A stretch of DNA of 64,000 nucleotides from contig JAJRUT010000056.1 in assembly GCA_024277655.1 (NCBI GenBank), forward strand, positions 3,683 to 67,682, in the 5' to 3' direction. Of this stretch, positions 1 through 9,467 are shown piece after piece; position 1 is the stretch's first letter; every line of letters begins with the position of its first letter. The translations under genes were made by a program, and so were the position numbers. Origin of the DNA: Deltaproteobacteria bacterium (GTDB lineage: Bacteria > Desulfobacterota > Desulfobulbia > Desulfobulbales > SURF-16). The notes under the pieces are model-generated. The model was not told the origin of the DNA. It saw only the letters and a program-made list of their open reading frames with translations, and did not search any database.

Positions 1-582
1 ATGAAACCCCATTGTCTCAACGACCGTGAAGAAGAACTTGATGTCTTTTTCGGTATCATTAACCGCTTTATCGGCTATTTTACCCAGGATTCTATCCGCC
101 ACACCGCTAATGACACCACCAGCGAATATCCATTTGTCCCCATGGATACTAGGCAGGCCTACGATCAGATCAAATTGGCTAAGGGGCTGGTGACCAGCAA
201 GAATCCAACTTTTATAGATGTGGGGTGTGGTATCGGCAATGTCATGCTCATGGCGGAACTTATGGATTTCCAGGTGTATGGTATTGAAAAGGATGCGTAT
301 CCATTTAAGATTGCCCAGAAACTCATGGGCAAAGAGGCGGTGGCCCAGGATGATATCTGGCAATTTGAGCGTTTTGATCAGTTTGATGTGCTCTATTATT
401 TTCGGCCTTTTTCAGAAAAAAACCTCCAGTATAAATTTGAGAAACTGATGGAGGACAGCCTGAAACCTGGTGGTATTCTTATCGCTAACCGCAAGATGAA
501 TATGGATATTGACGAGAATCCTGAATTTAAACGAATTGCTGAAATGTTGCCGGTTTGGCAGAAAAAAGGAGAGGATGGCTGA
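1..582 (+). CDS. Class I SAM-dependent methyltransferase
   Basis: FIDVGCGIG SAM-binding motif I, GIE motif II and LKPGG. The ATG is at base 1, so the true start may lie upstream. Confidence 0.8.
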   Translation: MKPHCLNDREEELDVFFGIINRFIGYFTQDSIRHTANDTTSEYPFVPMDTRQAYDQIKLAKGLVTSKNPTFIDVGCGIGNVMLMAELMDFQVYGIEKDAYPFKIAQKLMGKEAVAQDDIWQFERFDQFDVLYYFRPFSEKNLQYKFEKLMEDSLKPGGILIANRKMNMDIDENPEFKRIAEMLPVWQKKGEDG

Positions 583-617
583 GTATAGTTAAGTCTACAA
601 CTCCTTCTCCTAAAAAA

Positions 618-1019
618 ATGTATAAAACTTCATTTACCCTAAAAACGTCCAGCTATCTCGAGCTTGTCGATATCCAACGTCAGGTTGATCAGGCCGTGAG
701 TGACTGCGGTATTATTGATGGTATCTGCCATGTCTATAATCCTCACACTACGGGTGCGATCACCATTAACGAAGGGGCCGATCCCACTGTTCAGACTGAT
801 ATTGTCATGGCTTTGGAGGGTATGATTCCCTTTAGTCTGGATTACCGGCATATGGAGGGCAACTCGCCATCCCATGTGCTGGCATCCCTGTTCGGCACTT
901 CTGAAACAATTTTTGTTGAGAACGGGCAACTACTACTTGGCACCTGGCAGAAGATCTATTTCTGCGAGTTTGATGGGCCACGCACCAGAACGGTGCATGT
1001 ACGGGTGGTGGCTGGTTAG
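618..1019 (+). CDS. yjbQ: YjbQ/UPF0047 family protein
   Basis: HTTGAITINE, H-x-EGNS-x-SH and LGTWQ-x-I-x-FCEFDGPR motifs. Start moved to the ATG at 618. Confidence 0.85.
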   Translation: MYKTSFTLKTSSYLELVDIQRQVDQAVSDCGIIDGICHVYNPHTTGAITINEGADPTVQTDIVMALEGMIPFSLDYRHMEGNSPSHVLASLFGTSETIFVENGQLLLGTWQKIYFCEFDGPRTRTVHVRVVAG

Positions 1020-1338
1020 GACAAGGTGCTATAAAGTGATGTGAGCCACTTTCATAACGGAGGTTGGGAGTGGGGGCTTAGGTGGATTGGTGCCTAGTAA
1101 TCTATCATTTGCCATCTTTTTGGCTGACAAGTGGTGTCTTGTTTTTAGACACTTTAGGGTGGGTTGCTTGGCGATGTCGTTCGTGTTCGCCAGTTAAAAC
1201 AGCAAGTTGAGGCTGTTAGCCTAAGCTTTTTTTGCGGTGGCACATTCTTGGCAGGTACGGATAAAAGGTAAAAGGAGTTAGGTGGATAAAATATGAAATA
1301 TCTGACTTATCCTTGCTCTTTAATAAGATTATGATTAT

Positions 1339-1365
1339 GGAACTGGTAGTAATCAGTCTAAAGTT
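1339..1365 (+). promoter_or_regulatory. Possible ECF-sigma promoter upstream of the His-rich/czc operon
   Basis: GGAACT-N17-AGTTAGAA, resembling the sites at 8099 and 13670 but with one extra spacer base. Confidence 0.35.
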
Positions 1366-1393
1366 AGAAATTAAAACAGGATGACCGCTCGGC

Positions 1394-1714
1394 ATGAAAA
1401 AAGCAATATCTCTCATACTTATCACCTTGGTGGTAATGGTGTTGCCCGCCCTGTCGGTCGCCAAAACCTATATGCTTAATCATCATGGGGATGTTGCTAC
1501 TGCCAGCTCTGTTGAGCAACATAGCCATGAGCATGAAGATGCGTCACATCATAATGACCATCGCTGTTGTCATGGTCATTTGCAACTTGTTTCCCTTCCC
1601 CACCGTTTTGATCAAGCGTATTATTCTTCTTTGCGCGCCCAGCATACGACTGAGTATCGTTTTGTCGTATTAACGGCCTGTCTCTTCCCTGAGTTTCGCC
1701 CCCCCATCGTCTAA
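1394..1714 (+). CDS. Small His/Cys-rich exported protein (CzcI-like position)
   Basis: Signal-peptide-like N-terminus, HSHEHEDASHHNDHRCCHGH and a C-terminal RPP. First gene upstream of the RND pump. Confidence 0.6.
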   Translation: MKKAISLILITLVVMVLPALSVAKTYMLNHHGDVATASSVEQHSHEHEDASHHNDHRCCHGHLQLVSLPHRFDQAYYSSLRAQHTTEYRFVVLTACLFPEFRPPIV

Positions 1715-1884
1715 AGTCCTCTTTTTCTTTAAGAGGAAATTTTCTCGTTTTATCTGTGCTATCGGTGGCTCTTCCGCCCCCTCGTTCTATTGTTGCGTCT
1801 TGTCCCCTGTAACCATGAGCTTGAAGGGAGAGGGTGTTTCTCGCCGGAATTATTTTTATTTTGCTGTTTCAAAGGGATAATTTT

Positions 1885-2319
1885 ATGAAAATTTTCACAT
1901 TAATCTTATTTTCAATCGTTATCGTAAGCCCCGGCTTCGCTGCTGAGCCGTTTGAGGTTAGGATCCTCAGACCGGCGGACGAGACGCTGCGAATTCAGAG
2001 AGTTACGACTTCGCAGACTCCAACAGGGATTTTGGTCCAGGGTCGCGTTACGGCCAGTAGGGCTCAATATTTACCGGCTGGGCATGTGGATATCGCGGCC
2101 TATTCGCCTGATGGGGTGCTTATTGCGGAGACCACTGCCATGGTGTGTCCCCCCAATTTGAGTCGGCAGGCAAAACGCAAGGGGGGAGTCCGCTTCAGTG
2201 GTGAAGTCGGCGGAATTTTCCCTGCCGAGGTCATAGTCAAACTGGCCTACCACCGTGCCGGTACATGTATGGCTCAGCCTGGCGCAACTGTTCATAAATC
2301 ATTTTTTAAGGATAAGTAG
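1885..2319 (+). CDS. Hypothetical exported protein
   Basis: MKIFTLILFSIVIVSPGFA signal peptide. Its stop directly abuts the czcC-like start. Confidence 0.6.
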   Translation: MKIFTLILFSIVIVSPGFAAEPFEVRILRPADETLRIQRVTTSQTPTGILVQGRVTASRAQYLPAGHVDIAAYSPDGVLIAETTAMVCPPNLSRQAKRKGGVRFSGEVGGIFPAEVIVKLAYHRAGTCMAQPGATVHKSFFKDK

Positions 2320-3552
2320 ATGGCTAAACGTTATTTGAATTATTTTATTATGGGCTGTTTCTGCCTATTAGTGTCTCCGCTGGCAGGTTTGGCAGACTCC
2401 GCTGATTTAAACTGGAAAAATTGGCTCCAGAAGCAGGTGCAGCAGCACCCGGATGTTCTTGCGGCTGGGAAAAGTATGGATGCCGCCTTGGCGCTTGCCG
2501 AGGGTAATCAGCGGCCTTTGTATAACCCTGAGCTTGAAACGGAGTATGAGCGCAATGGTGATGATGATGTTTACTCTGTGGGCATAAGTCAGACCATTGA
2601 CCTGTGGGATAAGCGCGGGGTTCGCACCAATCAGGCCAACTCCATGCGTGTGGTGGCCCAGATGGGTTATAACCTGGCGGTGCAGGAAAAATTCGCTGAG
2701 GCCATGCGGGCAATCGTTGAATATCAGTCGAGTAAAGAGCTTGTTGGCTTTGCGGAAAAGCAGGAGGCCCAGATGAATACCCTGCTTGGTCTTGTGGAGA
2801 AACGACTGCAGGCTGGTGATATGGGCCAGGTGGATATGGAGCTGGCCTTTTTAGGCTTAAGTCAACGTCTTAATGCCACAGCCCAGGCCAGGGCAACTCT
2901 CCGGCAGCTGGAATCTCGTTTGGGGGAATTATTGCCTGACTGGTCTGAGTCGAAAATACAGATACCGGTCTCTTTTTGGGAGATTAAAGGGGTAAACCTC
3001 ACCTCGCAGGAGCTGGAGCGGTTGCCTTTGGTGGCTGGGGCCCGGGCCGAGTATGAAGTCGTTGAGCATCAGGCCAGGCTTGCTAAACTGGCAAGCAAGG
3101 TTGAACCCACCATTGGCATCAGTGCTGGCGAGGATGGCGAGGAAGATGTGGTGGCTCTGAGCTTGTCGGTGCCCCTTAATTTCCGCAATAATTATCAGGC
3201 AGAGGCAACGGCCTCGACCCTTGAGTCGGTATCGGCAAAGCTTCGCTACCGTGCCCTGAAACGGCAGGCGCATTTTGCTGGCAAAGCTAGTCTTAACGCC
3301 TTTGACGAATATCGTCGCTACTATAAGCGTTGGCAGACCCTGATCCGGGGGCGGGGGGAGACAAGTGACAAATTGCTGGCCCAGCAATGGGATAGTGGTG
3401 ATCTCAGTACCACTGAATATCTCCTTGCTCTGGGGCAGATTACCGAGGGCATGGTTGCTGGAATTGAACTTAGGACCCAGTTTCATCTGGCCTGTGTCGA
3501 CTGGTTGTTTATCTCTGGACAGCTCGGCGTGAGTGCTGAAGACGTAAAATGA
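2320..3552 (+). CDS. TolC/CzcC family outer-membrane efflux protein
   Basis: Signal peptide, QQHP and YNPEL...SQTIDLWDKR repeats, LSVPL. Lies upstream of an MFP and an RND gene. Confidence 0.88.
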   Translation: MAKRYLNYFIMGCFCLLVSPLAGLADSADLNWKNWLQKQVQQHPDVLAAGKSMDAALALAEGNQRPLYNPELETEYERNGDDDVYSVGISQTIDLWDKRGVRTNQANSMRVVAQMGYNLAVQEKFAEAMRAIVEYQSSKELVGFAEKQEAQMNTLLGLVEKRLQAGDMGQVDMELAFLGLSQRLNATAQARATLRQLESRLGELLPDWSESKIQIPVSFWEIKGVNLTSQELERLPLVAGARAEYEVVEHQARLAKLASKVEPTIGISAGEDGEEDVVALSLSVPLNFRNNYQAEATASTLESVSAKLRYRALKRQAHFAGKASLNAFDEYRRYYKRWQTLIRGRGETSDKLLAQQWDSGDLSTTEYLLALGQITEGMVAGIELRTQFHLACVDWLFISGQLGVSAEDVK

Positions 3553-3680
3553 ATTTAGCGACTTACATATTGAAAGCTGTTGAGGGAATAAGAAACTGGA
3601 AACATTTTTTTAAACAAGGATTTAAGGCTACCACCAAGGCACTTATCCTATTTAATGGATTAGATTAAGGAATAGGTATT

Positions 3681-4820
3681 ATGAAAGATATTATTAAAAA
3701 ATTTAGCCTTATAGCTCTTCTTCTATGCCTGCCGTTGTCGGCTATGGCAGAAGATGGACATGGCCACGGCCACGGCCATGGCGGAGAAGAGGCGGAAGTT
3801 GAGGCGGAAGAAGAGGGTGGAGTTGAGCTTTCTGCTAGCCAAATCAGTCTTGCCGGGATCAAGGTTGCAACCCTTGACCCTCGGCCCATGACCTTTCAGG
3901 TTTATGCTCCGGGTGAGGTGCTGGCCAACGGTTACACCAGTTATCTGGTTTCGTCTCGGGTTGATTCTGTTGTCCTGCATCGCCACACCAGTCTTGGGGC
4001 CTATGTTGAGGAGGGCCAACCACTGGTAACACTGTTTAGTGATACGGTGGCTGAGGCGCAGGCCGCCTTTCGCATTGCCGATGCGGAGTATAGGCGTGTG
4101 CAGAAAATGGGACGCAAAGCGGTGGGTGAAAAACGCTTTATTCAGGCAAAAAACGATTTTGAGGTGAGCCACGGCAGGTTGCTGGCCTTTGGTTTGTCTG
4201 AGCAAGCGATCAAGGATACCAGCAAAAATAAAACACAAACGGGAGAATATACCCTGACGGCTCTGGCCCAGGGCGTGGTGCTATCCGATGACTTTCGTCA
4301 GGGACAGCGGGTTGAGGCGGGGGATCCGCTGATGGAGCTTGCCTGTGAGAAAGAGCTGTGGATTGAGGCGCGTCTTGCCCCAAGCGCCAAGGTGGTTGTG
4401 CCGGCCGGGACAATGGCTCAGGCAAAAATCGCTGGAGAAACTTTCCCTGCCAAAGTAATTCAGGAGGCACACACCATTGACGAGGTGACAAGGACTCGTA
4501 TTGTTCGTCTTTTGGTGAATAATGAGGAGCATAAACTCCATCCCGGTCAGTACGCCGATGTTTATTTTAGTTTCAGTACCGATGAAGAGGTTCTTGCCGT
4601 ACCGGAGACGGCTCTTATGCGTAGTGCTGATGGTGACTGGGTTGTTTTTGTTGAGGAGGACCCGGGCCATTTCATGCCGCACGAGGTTGATTTGGGTCGC
4701 AGTCTTGGTGCCTTTAGGGAAATAACTGGTGTACCTGCTGGCAGCCGTATTGTCATGGAAGGCGCGTTTTTTGTGGCCTCAGAGATTGCCAAATCAGGAT
4801 TTGATCCCCACGACCATTAA
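3681..4820 (+). CDS. RND periplasmic adaptor (CzcB/CusB family)
   Basis: His-rich N-terminus GHGHGHGHG, lipoyl-like VEEGQPL and VEAGDPL, TRT, LHPGQY, AVPETAL, C-terminal HDH. Confidence 0.9.
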   Translation: MKDIIKKFSLIALLLCLPLSAMAEDGHGHGHGHGGEEAEVEAEEEGGVELSASQISLAGIKVATLDPRPMTFQVYAPGEVLANGYTSYLVSSRVDSVVLHRHTSLGAYVEEGQPLVTLFSDTVAEAQAAFRIADAEYRRVQKMGRKAVGEKRFIQAKNDFEVSHGRLLAFGLSEQAIKDTSKNKTQTGEYTLTALAQGVVLSDDFRQGQRVEAGDPLMELACEKELWIEARLAPSAKVVVPAGTMAQAKIAGETFPAKVIQEAHTIDEVTRTRIVRLLVNNEEHKLHPGQYADVYFSFSTDEEVLAVPETALMRSADGDWVVFVEEDPGHFMPHEVDLGRSLGAFREITGVPAGSRIVMEGAFFVASEIAKSGFDPHDH

Positions 4821-4842
4821 TCAGCCCAAGGAGTGACTTGTT

Positions 4843-7800
4843 ATGTTAAATCGCATTATTGATTGGGCTGTAGTGAACCGTTTATTGGTTCTTATTGCCC
4901 TGGTGACCCTAATTGCGTCATCAGTTTTTATTATTCCGAATTTAAATCTGGATGCCTTTCCGGATGTAACGAACGTCCAGGTGTCGATTAATACTGAGGC
5001 CCCCGGCCTTGCCGCCGAGGAGGTGGAACAACTCATCACCTTTCCCATTGAGGCGGTGATGTATGCCCTGCCGGATGTGGAGGAGGTTCGCTCTATTTCC
5101 AAGACAGGTTTGTCCGGGATCACAGTGGTATTTAAGGAGGGGACGGATATTTATTTTGCCAGGCAACTGGTCTTTGAACGGTTGCAGTCGGCCAAGGAGA
5201 TGGTGCCAAATGGGGTTGGAACCCCTGAGATTGGTCCGAACACCTCTGGTTTGGGTCAGGTGTATCAATACCTGCTCCTTGCCGAACCCGACTCCGGGTA
5301 TGATGCCATGTTGTTACGCAGTTTGAACGATTGGGTTGTTAAGCTTCTTCTTATGCCCGTTGACGGGGTGACCGAGGTACTGTCCTTTGGTGGAGAGGTA
5401 CGCCAGTATCAGGTGAACCTCAACCCCTCTCTTCTTTTGGCCTATGGTTTGACCCAGCAGGATGTTGTTGATGCCCTTGAACGCAACAATAACAATGCCG
5501 GTGGCTGGTATATGAACCGAGGTCAAGAACAGCTTGTTATTCGCGGAATGGGCTGGCTTGGTCATGATGAAGAGGGCCTTGAGCAGCTTCAGCAGATCCC
5601 CTTAAAGACTATTGACGGGGTGGTGGTGACGGTTGCCAACGTGGCGGAGGTAGCCTATGGCGGTGAGATTCGCCAGGGTGCTGTAACCATGACTCGGCGC
5701 GATGAAAATGGTCAAGCCGAAGGGTTGGGTGAGGTTGTCTCCGGCATTGTTATGAAACGCATGGGGTCAAACACCAAGGCTACCATTGACGGGATTAACG
5801 AAAGGGTGGAACTCATCAAACAGGCCTTGCCGGAAGGGGTCAGCTTTGAACCTTTTTACGATCAGGCTGATCTGATTTCCAAGGCGGTAAAGACGGTGGT
5901 GGATTCGCTACTTTTGGCCTTTGTTTTTATCATTATTGTCCTTGCCCTCTTTTTGATGAATCTCCGGGCTACCTTTCTGGTGCTGATATCCATTCCGATT
6001 TCAATCGGTATTGCCCTGATGGCCATGGCCTGGTTCGGGCTGTCGGCAAACCTCATGTCCCTTGGCGGTATTGCTGTGGCCATTGGTATGCTGGTTGATG
6101 GCTCGGTGGTGATGGTGGAGAATATATTCAAACATCTATCTCATCCAGATGCTGAACATGAAGAGGTCAAGCAGAAGAGACTTGCTGCCGATGATCCTGA
6201 TCCCCATGATGTGGTCCGTGATACCGGCGGTATTTCTCTGCGCTTGCAGGAGGCCGGAAAAGAGGTGGCGAGACCCATCTTTTTTGCCGGAGCCATTATC
6301 CTGGTGGTGTTTATGCCACTCTTTAGTTTTCAGGGGGTTGAGGCCAAATTATTTCAGCCCATGGCGATATCCATCATGCTTGCCATTGCCGGTGCTGTTC
6401 TTACGGCCCTTATTATTGTCCCTGCCCTTGCGACCTTTTTGTTTAAACGCGGGATTCGTGAGCGGGAAAGTCTGGTTTTAAAGCCGCTCAATTATTTGTA
6501 TAAACACGGTTTGCGCTGGGCTATGGAGCATGCAAAACTGGTTGTAATTATGGCGTTGCTGCTCATTGGTGCAGCCTTTGCACTGGTGCCACAATTGGGG
6601 ACGGAGTTTGTGCCGGAGCTTGAAGAGGGGACAATCAACCTACGGGTGACCCTTGCCCCATCCTCAAGTCTTGAGACATCCCTTACACTCAGTCCCAAAC
6701 TTGAAAAGATGCTCATGGAATTTCCTGAGGTGACCTATGCCCTCAGCAGGATTGGTCGGGCCGAGATAGGCGGTGATCCGGAGCCGGTGAATAATATTGA
6801 AATTTTTATCGGGCTTAAACCTGTTTCCCAGTGGACCAGTGCGACAAATCGCTTTGAACTGCAGGATCTTATGGAGCGCAAACTGGAACAGCATCCGGGT
6901 CTGCTCTTAAACTTTTCACAACCCATTGCCACCAGGGTGGATGAACTCCTGTCCGGGGTAAAGGCGCAGCTTGCCATTAAGCTGGTCGGCCCTGACTTGC
7001 AGATCCTGTCGACAAAGGGGGCGGAAATTCAAAAGGCGGTGCAGACGGTGAAAGGCACTAAGGAGGTGGCCATGGAGCAGATTGCCGGTGAGTCACAGCT
7101 TGTGGTTCAGCCTGATCGCCGCGCCCTCTCCCGTTACGGTCTGTCGGTTGCTGATGTTATGGATATTGTCCGTGATGGCATTGGTGGTGTTGAGGCTGGG
7201 CAGATTATTAATGGTAATGAGCGTTATGATATCTATGTTCGTCTCGGCGAGGAGTACCGCAAGACACCGGAGGCCATTGCCAATCTGATGCTTCTGTCTC
7301 CTTCAGGGGCGCAGGTCAGGCTTGGTGATGTCGCCAAGGTTTCAGTGGAATCTGGCCCACCCCAAATCAGGCGTGATGATGTCCAGCGCCGGGTGGTTAT
7401 TCAGGCCAATGTTCAGGATCGGGATATGGGTTCTGTGGTGGCTGATATCCGCAGTGCCATTGCCAGCCAGGTTAAACTGCCCCCCGGATATTCAGTGAAT
7501 ATTGGTGGCCAGTTTGAAAATCAGCAGCGGGCCCAGAAACGACTGGCCATGGTGGTGCCCATCTCCCTGGCTCTCATCGCCCTCTTGCTCTACTTTGCCT
7601 TTAATTCGGTGGGCCAGGCCATGCTTATTCTGGTGAATGTACCCCTGGCCGTTATTGGTGGTGTGTTTTCCCTGTATCTCTCTGGTCAGTACCTGTCAGT
7701 GCCAAGCTCTGTGGGTTTTATTACCCTATTCGGAGTGGCGGTATTAAACGGAGTTGTTATGGTGGAGTCGATCAATCAGCGGGTGATGGATGGTCTGGCA

Positions 7801-8040
7801 GTTCCTGAGGCGGTGTTCTCCGGGGCTTTTTCCAGGCTACGTCCGGTGCTGATGACCGCCATCACCTCAGGTCTTGGTCTTATCCCCATGCTGATGTCCA
7901 ATGGCGTAGGAGCCGAGATTCAGAAACCGCTGGCCACTGTTATTGTCGGCGGTCTGGTGACGGCAACACTGCTTACCCTCTTTGTTCTGCCAACTCTGTA
8001 TGGCTTCTTTTCAAGGGGCAAGGTGGCTGATATGCGCTAG
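4843..8040 (+). CDS. CusA/CzcA family heavy-metal efflux RND transporter
   Basis: 1065 aa with LDAFPDVTNVQV, TM4 AIGMLVDGSVVMVEN, RLRPVLMTA and GAEIQKPLA. Confidence 0.95.
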   Translation: MLNRIIDWAVVNRLLVLIALVTLIASSVFIIPNLNLDAFPDVTNVQVSINTEAPGLAAEEVEQLITFPIEAVMYALPDVEEVRSISKTGLSGITVVFKEGTDIYFARQLVFERLQSAKEMVPNGVGTPEIGPNTSGLGQVYQYLLLAEPDSGYDAMLLRSLNDWVVKLLLMPVDGVTEVLSFGGEVRQYQVNLNPSLLLAYGLTQQDVVDALERNNNNAGGWYMNRGQEQLVIRGMGWLGHDEEGLEQLQQIPLKTIDGVVVTVANVAEVAYGGEIRQGAVTMTRRDENGQAEGLGEVVSGIVMKRMGSNTKATIDGINERVELIKQALPEGVSFEPFYDQADLISKAVKTVVDSLLLAFVFIIIVLALFLMNLRATFLVLISIPISIGIALMAMAWFGLSANLMSLGGIAVAIGMLVDGSVVMVENIFKHLSHPDAEHEEVKQKRLAADDPDPHDVVRDTGGISLRLQEAGKEVARPIFFAGAIILVVFMPLFSFQGVEAKLFQPMAISIMLAIAGAVLTALIIVPALATFLFKRGIRERESLVLKPLNYLYKHGLRWAMEHAKLVVIMALLLIGAAFALVPQLGTEFVPELEEGTINLRVTLAPSSSLETSLTLSPKLEKMLMEFPEVTYALSRIGRAEIGGDPEPVNNIEIFIGLKPVSQWTSATNRFELQDLMERKLEQHPGLLLNFSQPIATRVDELLSGVKAQLAIKLVGPDLQILSTKGAEIQKAVQTVKGTKEVAMEQIAGESQLVVQPDRRALSRYGLSVADVMDIVRDGIGGVEAGQIINGNERYDIYVRLGEEYRKTPEAIANLMLLSPSGAQVRLGDVAKVSVESGPPQIRRDDVQRRVVIQANVQDRDMGSVVADIRSAIASQVKLPPGYSVNIGGQFENQQRAQKRLAMVVPISLALIALLLYFAFNSVGQAMLILVNVPLAVIGGVFSLYLSGQYLSVPSSVGFITLFGVAVLNGVVMVESINQRVMDGLAVPEAVFSGAFSRLRPVLMTAITSGLGLIPMLMSNGVGAEIQKPLATVIVGGLVTATLLTLFVLPTLYGFFSRGKVADMR

Positions 8041-8055
8041 GCGCAGAAGGTGTTT

Positions 8056-8093
8056 TTTGCACCCGGTACTTTTTTTATGGTGCTGGGTGCAAA
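8056..8093. terminator. Stem-loop between the RND gene and the ECF sigma gene
   Basis: tttgcacc...ggtgcaaa inverted repeat directly after the stop codon. Confidence 0.45.
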
Positions 8094-8098
8094 TAAAT

Positions 8099-8124
8099 GG
8101 AACCTTTTAAATAAACATGACGTT
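8099..8124 (+). promoter_or_regulatory. ECF-sigma promoter, likely autoregulatory
   Basis: GGAACC-N16-CGTT directly at the 5' end of the ECF gene. The same motif and spacing occur at 13670. Confidence 0.65.
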
Positions 8125-8134
8125 ATCCATGGGT

Positions 8135-8731
8135 ATGGAACAGGTTATAAGCATCAGTGAAAATATGAGTTGCGCCACAGAATTTGAGATAATCCTCAAG
8201 CCGTATCTGCACCATTTGTATAAGGTTGCGTTGCGTTTTACGGGTGGTGTAGTTGCCGATAGTGAAGATTTGCTTCAGGAGCTACTGATCAAACTTTATG
8301 GTCGGCGGGATCAGTTGGAAACGATTGAAAAATTACGGCCCTGGTTGGTAAAGGTACTGTACCGGCTCTTTATTGATAAGGTGCGTCGTGAGAATCGTTC
8401 CCCTCTGCATCTTGTGGTTAAACCAGCCGGTGAAGAGCCTGATCCGGTTGAGACTCTGGTCTGTTCTGCGAATGGCCCGGCAGAAAGTCTGGCAAGCCAT
8501 GATCTGAAGAGTAAGCTTATGCTTGCGGTGCAAAGTCTTAATGAGGAACAGCGCACCGTCTGTATTCTGCATGATATGGAGGGGTACACCCTGGTTGAGC
8601 TTGAGGAAATTTTAGAGACACCTCTCGGAACATTGAAGTCACGTTTGCACCGGGCAAGAGCTCGTTTGCGCAAGATTTTACGTTTGCAAGGGGTCACCAG
8701 TAAGAGGGAGGAGCACCATGATGAACTGTAA
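8135..8731 (+). CDS. ECF RNA polymerase sigma-70 factor
   Basis: Region 2 (SEDLLQE...LRPWL) and region 4 (LHDMEGYT...LGTLKSRLHRAR). Start uncertain (8129/8135/8165) because the ORF-track ATG at 8117 lies inside the promoter. Confidence 0.9.
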   Translation: MEQVISISENMSCATEFEIILKPYLHHLYKVALRFTGGVVADSEDLLQELLIKLYGRRDQLETIEKLRPWLVKVLYRLFIDKVRRENRSPLHLVVKPAGEEPDPVETLVCSANGPAESLASHDLKSKLMLAVQSLNEEQRTVCILHDMEGYTLVELEEILETPLGTLKSRLHRARARLRKILRLQGVTSKREEHHDEL

Positions 8732-9359
8732 AGAGTGTATCGTTAATCAGGATGATTATCTCGATAATCGACTGCCCCATGACCTCTATGAGGCCATGAC
8801 AAGGCATCTTGCCCAGTGTCCTGAGTGTCAGCTGATGATGCGTGAAAATCGTGAATTGCTCCAGGGGCTCAGGACCCTTGAGTCGCCTCCGCCATCCCCA
8901 GGATTTTTGAAGCTTGCCATGGAGAATGCCGCCCGGGTTGAGCGTCAGCGCCTTCACAGGAAATGGTTTATTCAATATGCAGCTGTCGCAGCCATGGTAT
9001 GTCTGGTGGTTCTTGGTTCGCTGAAGTTTTCACCATGGATGGTAGCCAATACCGGGCAGTCGGCTCCTGGCGTTATTTTGTCGCTACATGAGAGCAAGGA
9101 TGTGATCCTTCTGGTACAGTCAGCAAGGGCTCTGGACAATGCCACTATCACCATTAATCTGCCACCGCAACTGATGCTTGCTAATAATCCGGGTCTGCAT
9201 CAGATTTCCTGGCAGGCCGATATTAAAGAGGGAAAGAACTTGATCCCGTTGCCACTGGTTGCCACTGTTACCGGTTCGGCCCAGATTACGGCCAGAATAG
9301 AGCACGAAAGCCGGGTTAAAACGATGCGTATGCAGGTGGAGATTGTGCCACAGGTGTAA
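8718..9359 (+). CDS. Zinc-finger (HxxxCxxC) anti-sigma factor with one TM helix and a periplasmic domain
   Basis: YLD...HLAQCPEC motif and a central hydrophobic helix. Overlaps the sigma gene stop. Confidence 0.85.
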   Translation: MMNCKECIVNQDDYLDNRLPHDLYEAMTRHLAQCPECQLMMRENRELLQGLRTLESPPPSPGFLKLAMENAARVERQRLHRKWFIQYAAVAAMVCLVVLGSLKFSPWMVANTGQSAPGVILSLHESKDVILLVQSARALDNATITINLPPQLMLANNPGLHQISWQADIKEGKNLIPLPLVATVTGSAQITARIEHESRVKTMRMQVEIVPQV

Positions 9360-9467
9360 GGGTGTACAGCAGGACTGTTGTGGAACGTATGCAACTACTT
9401 ATTCTAGTTTGGAGTATCGTACTCCTTGTGGGAATGGTTGTCTTTTAAATTTTTTTGGGATGCTATA

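Noticed and set aside
9382..9409. Fourth ECF promoter before the TPR-barrel gene
   Set aside because: GGAACG is present, but there is no CGTT/GTT at the matching spacing.
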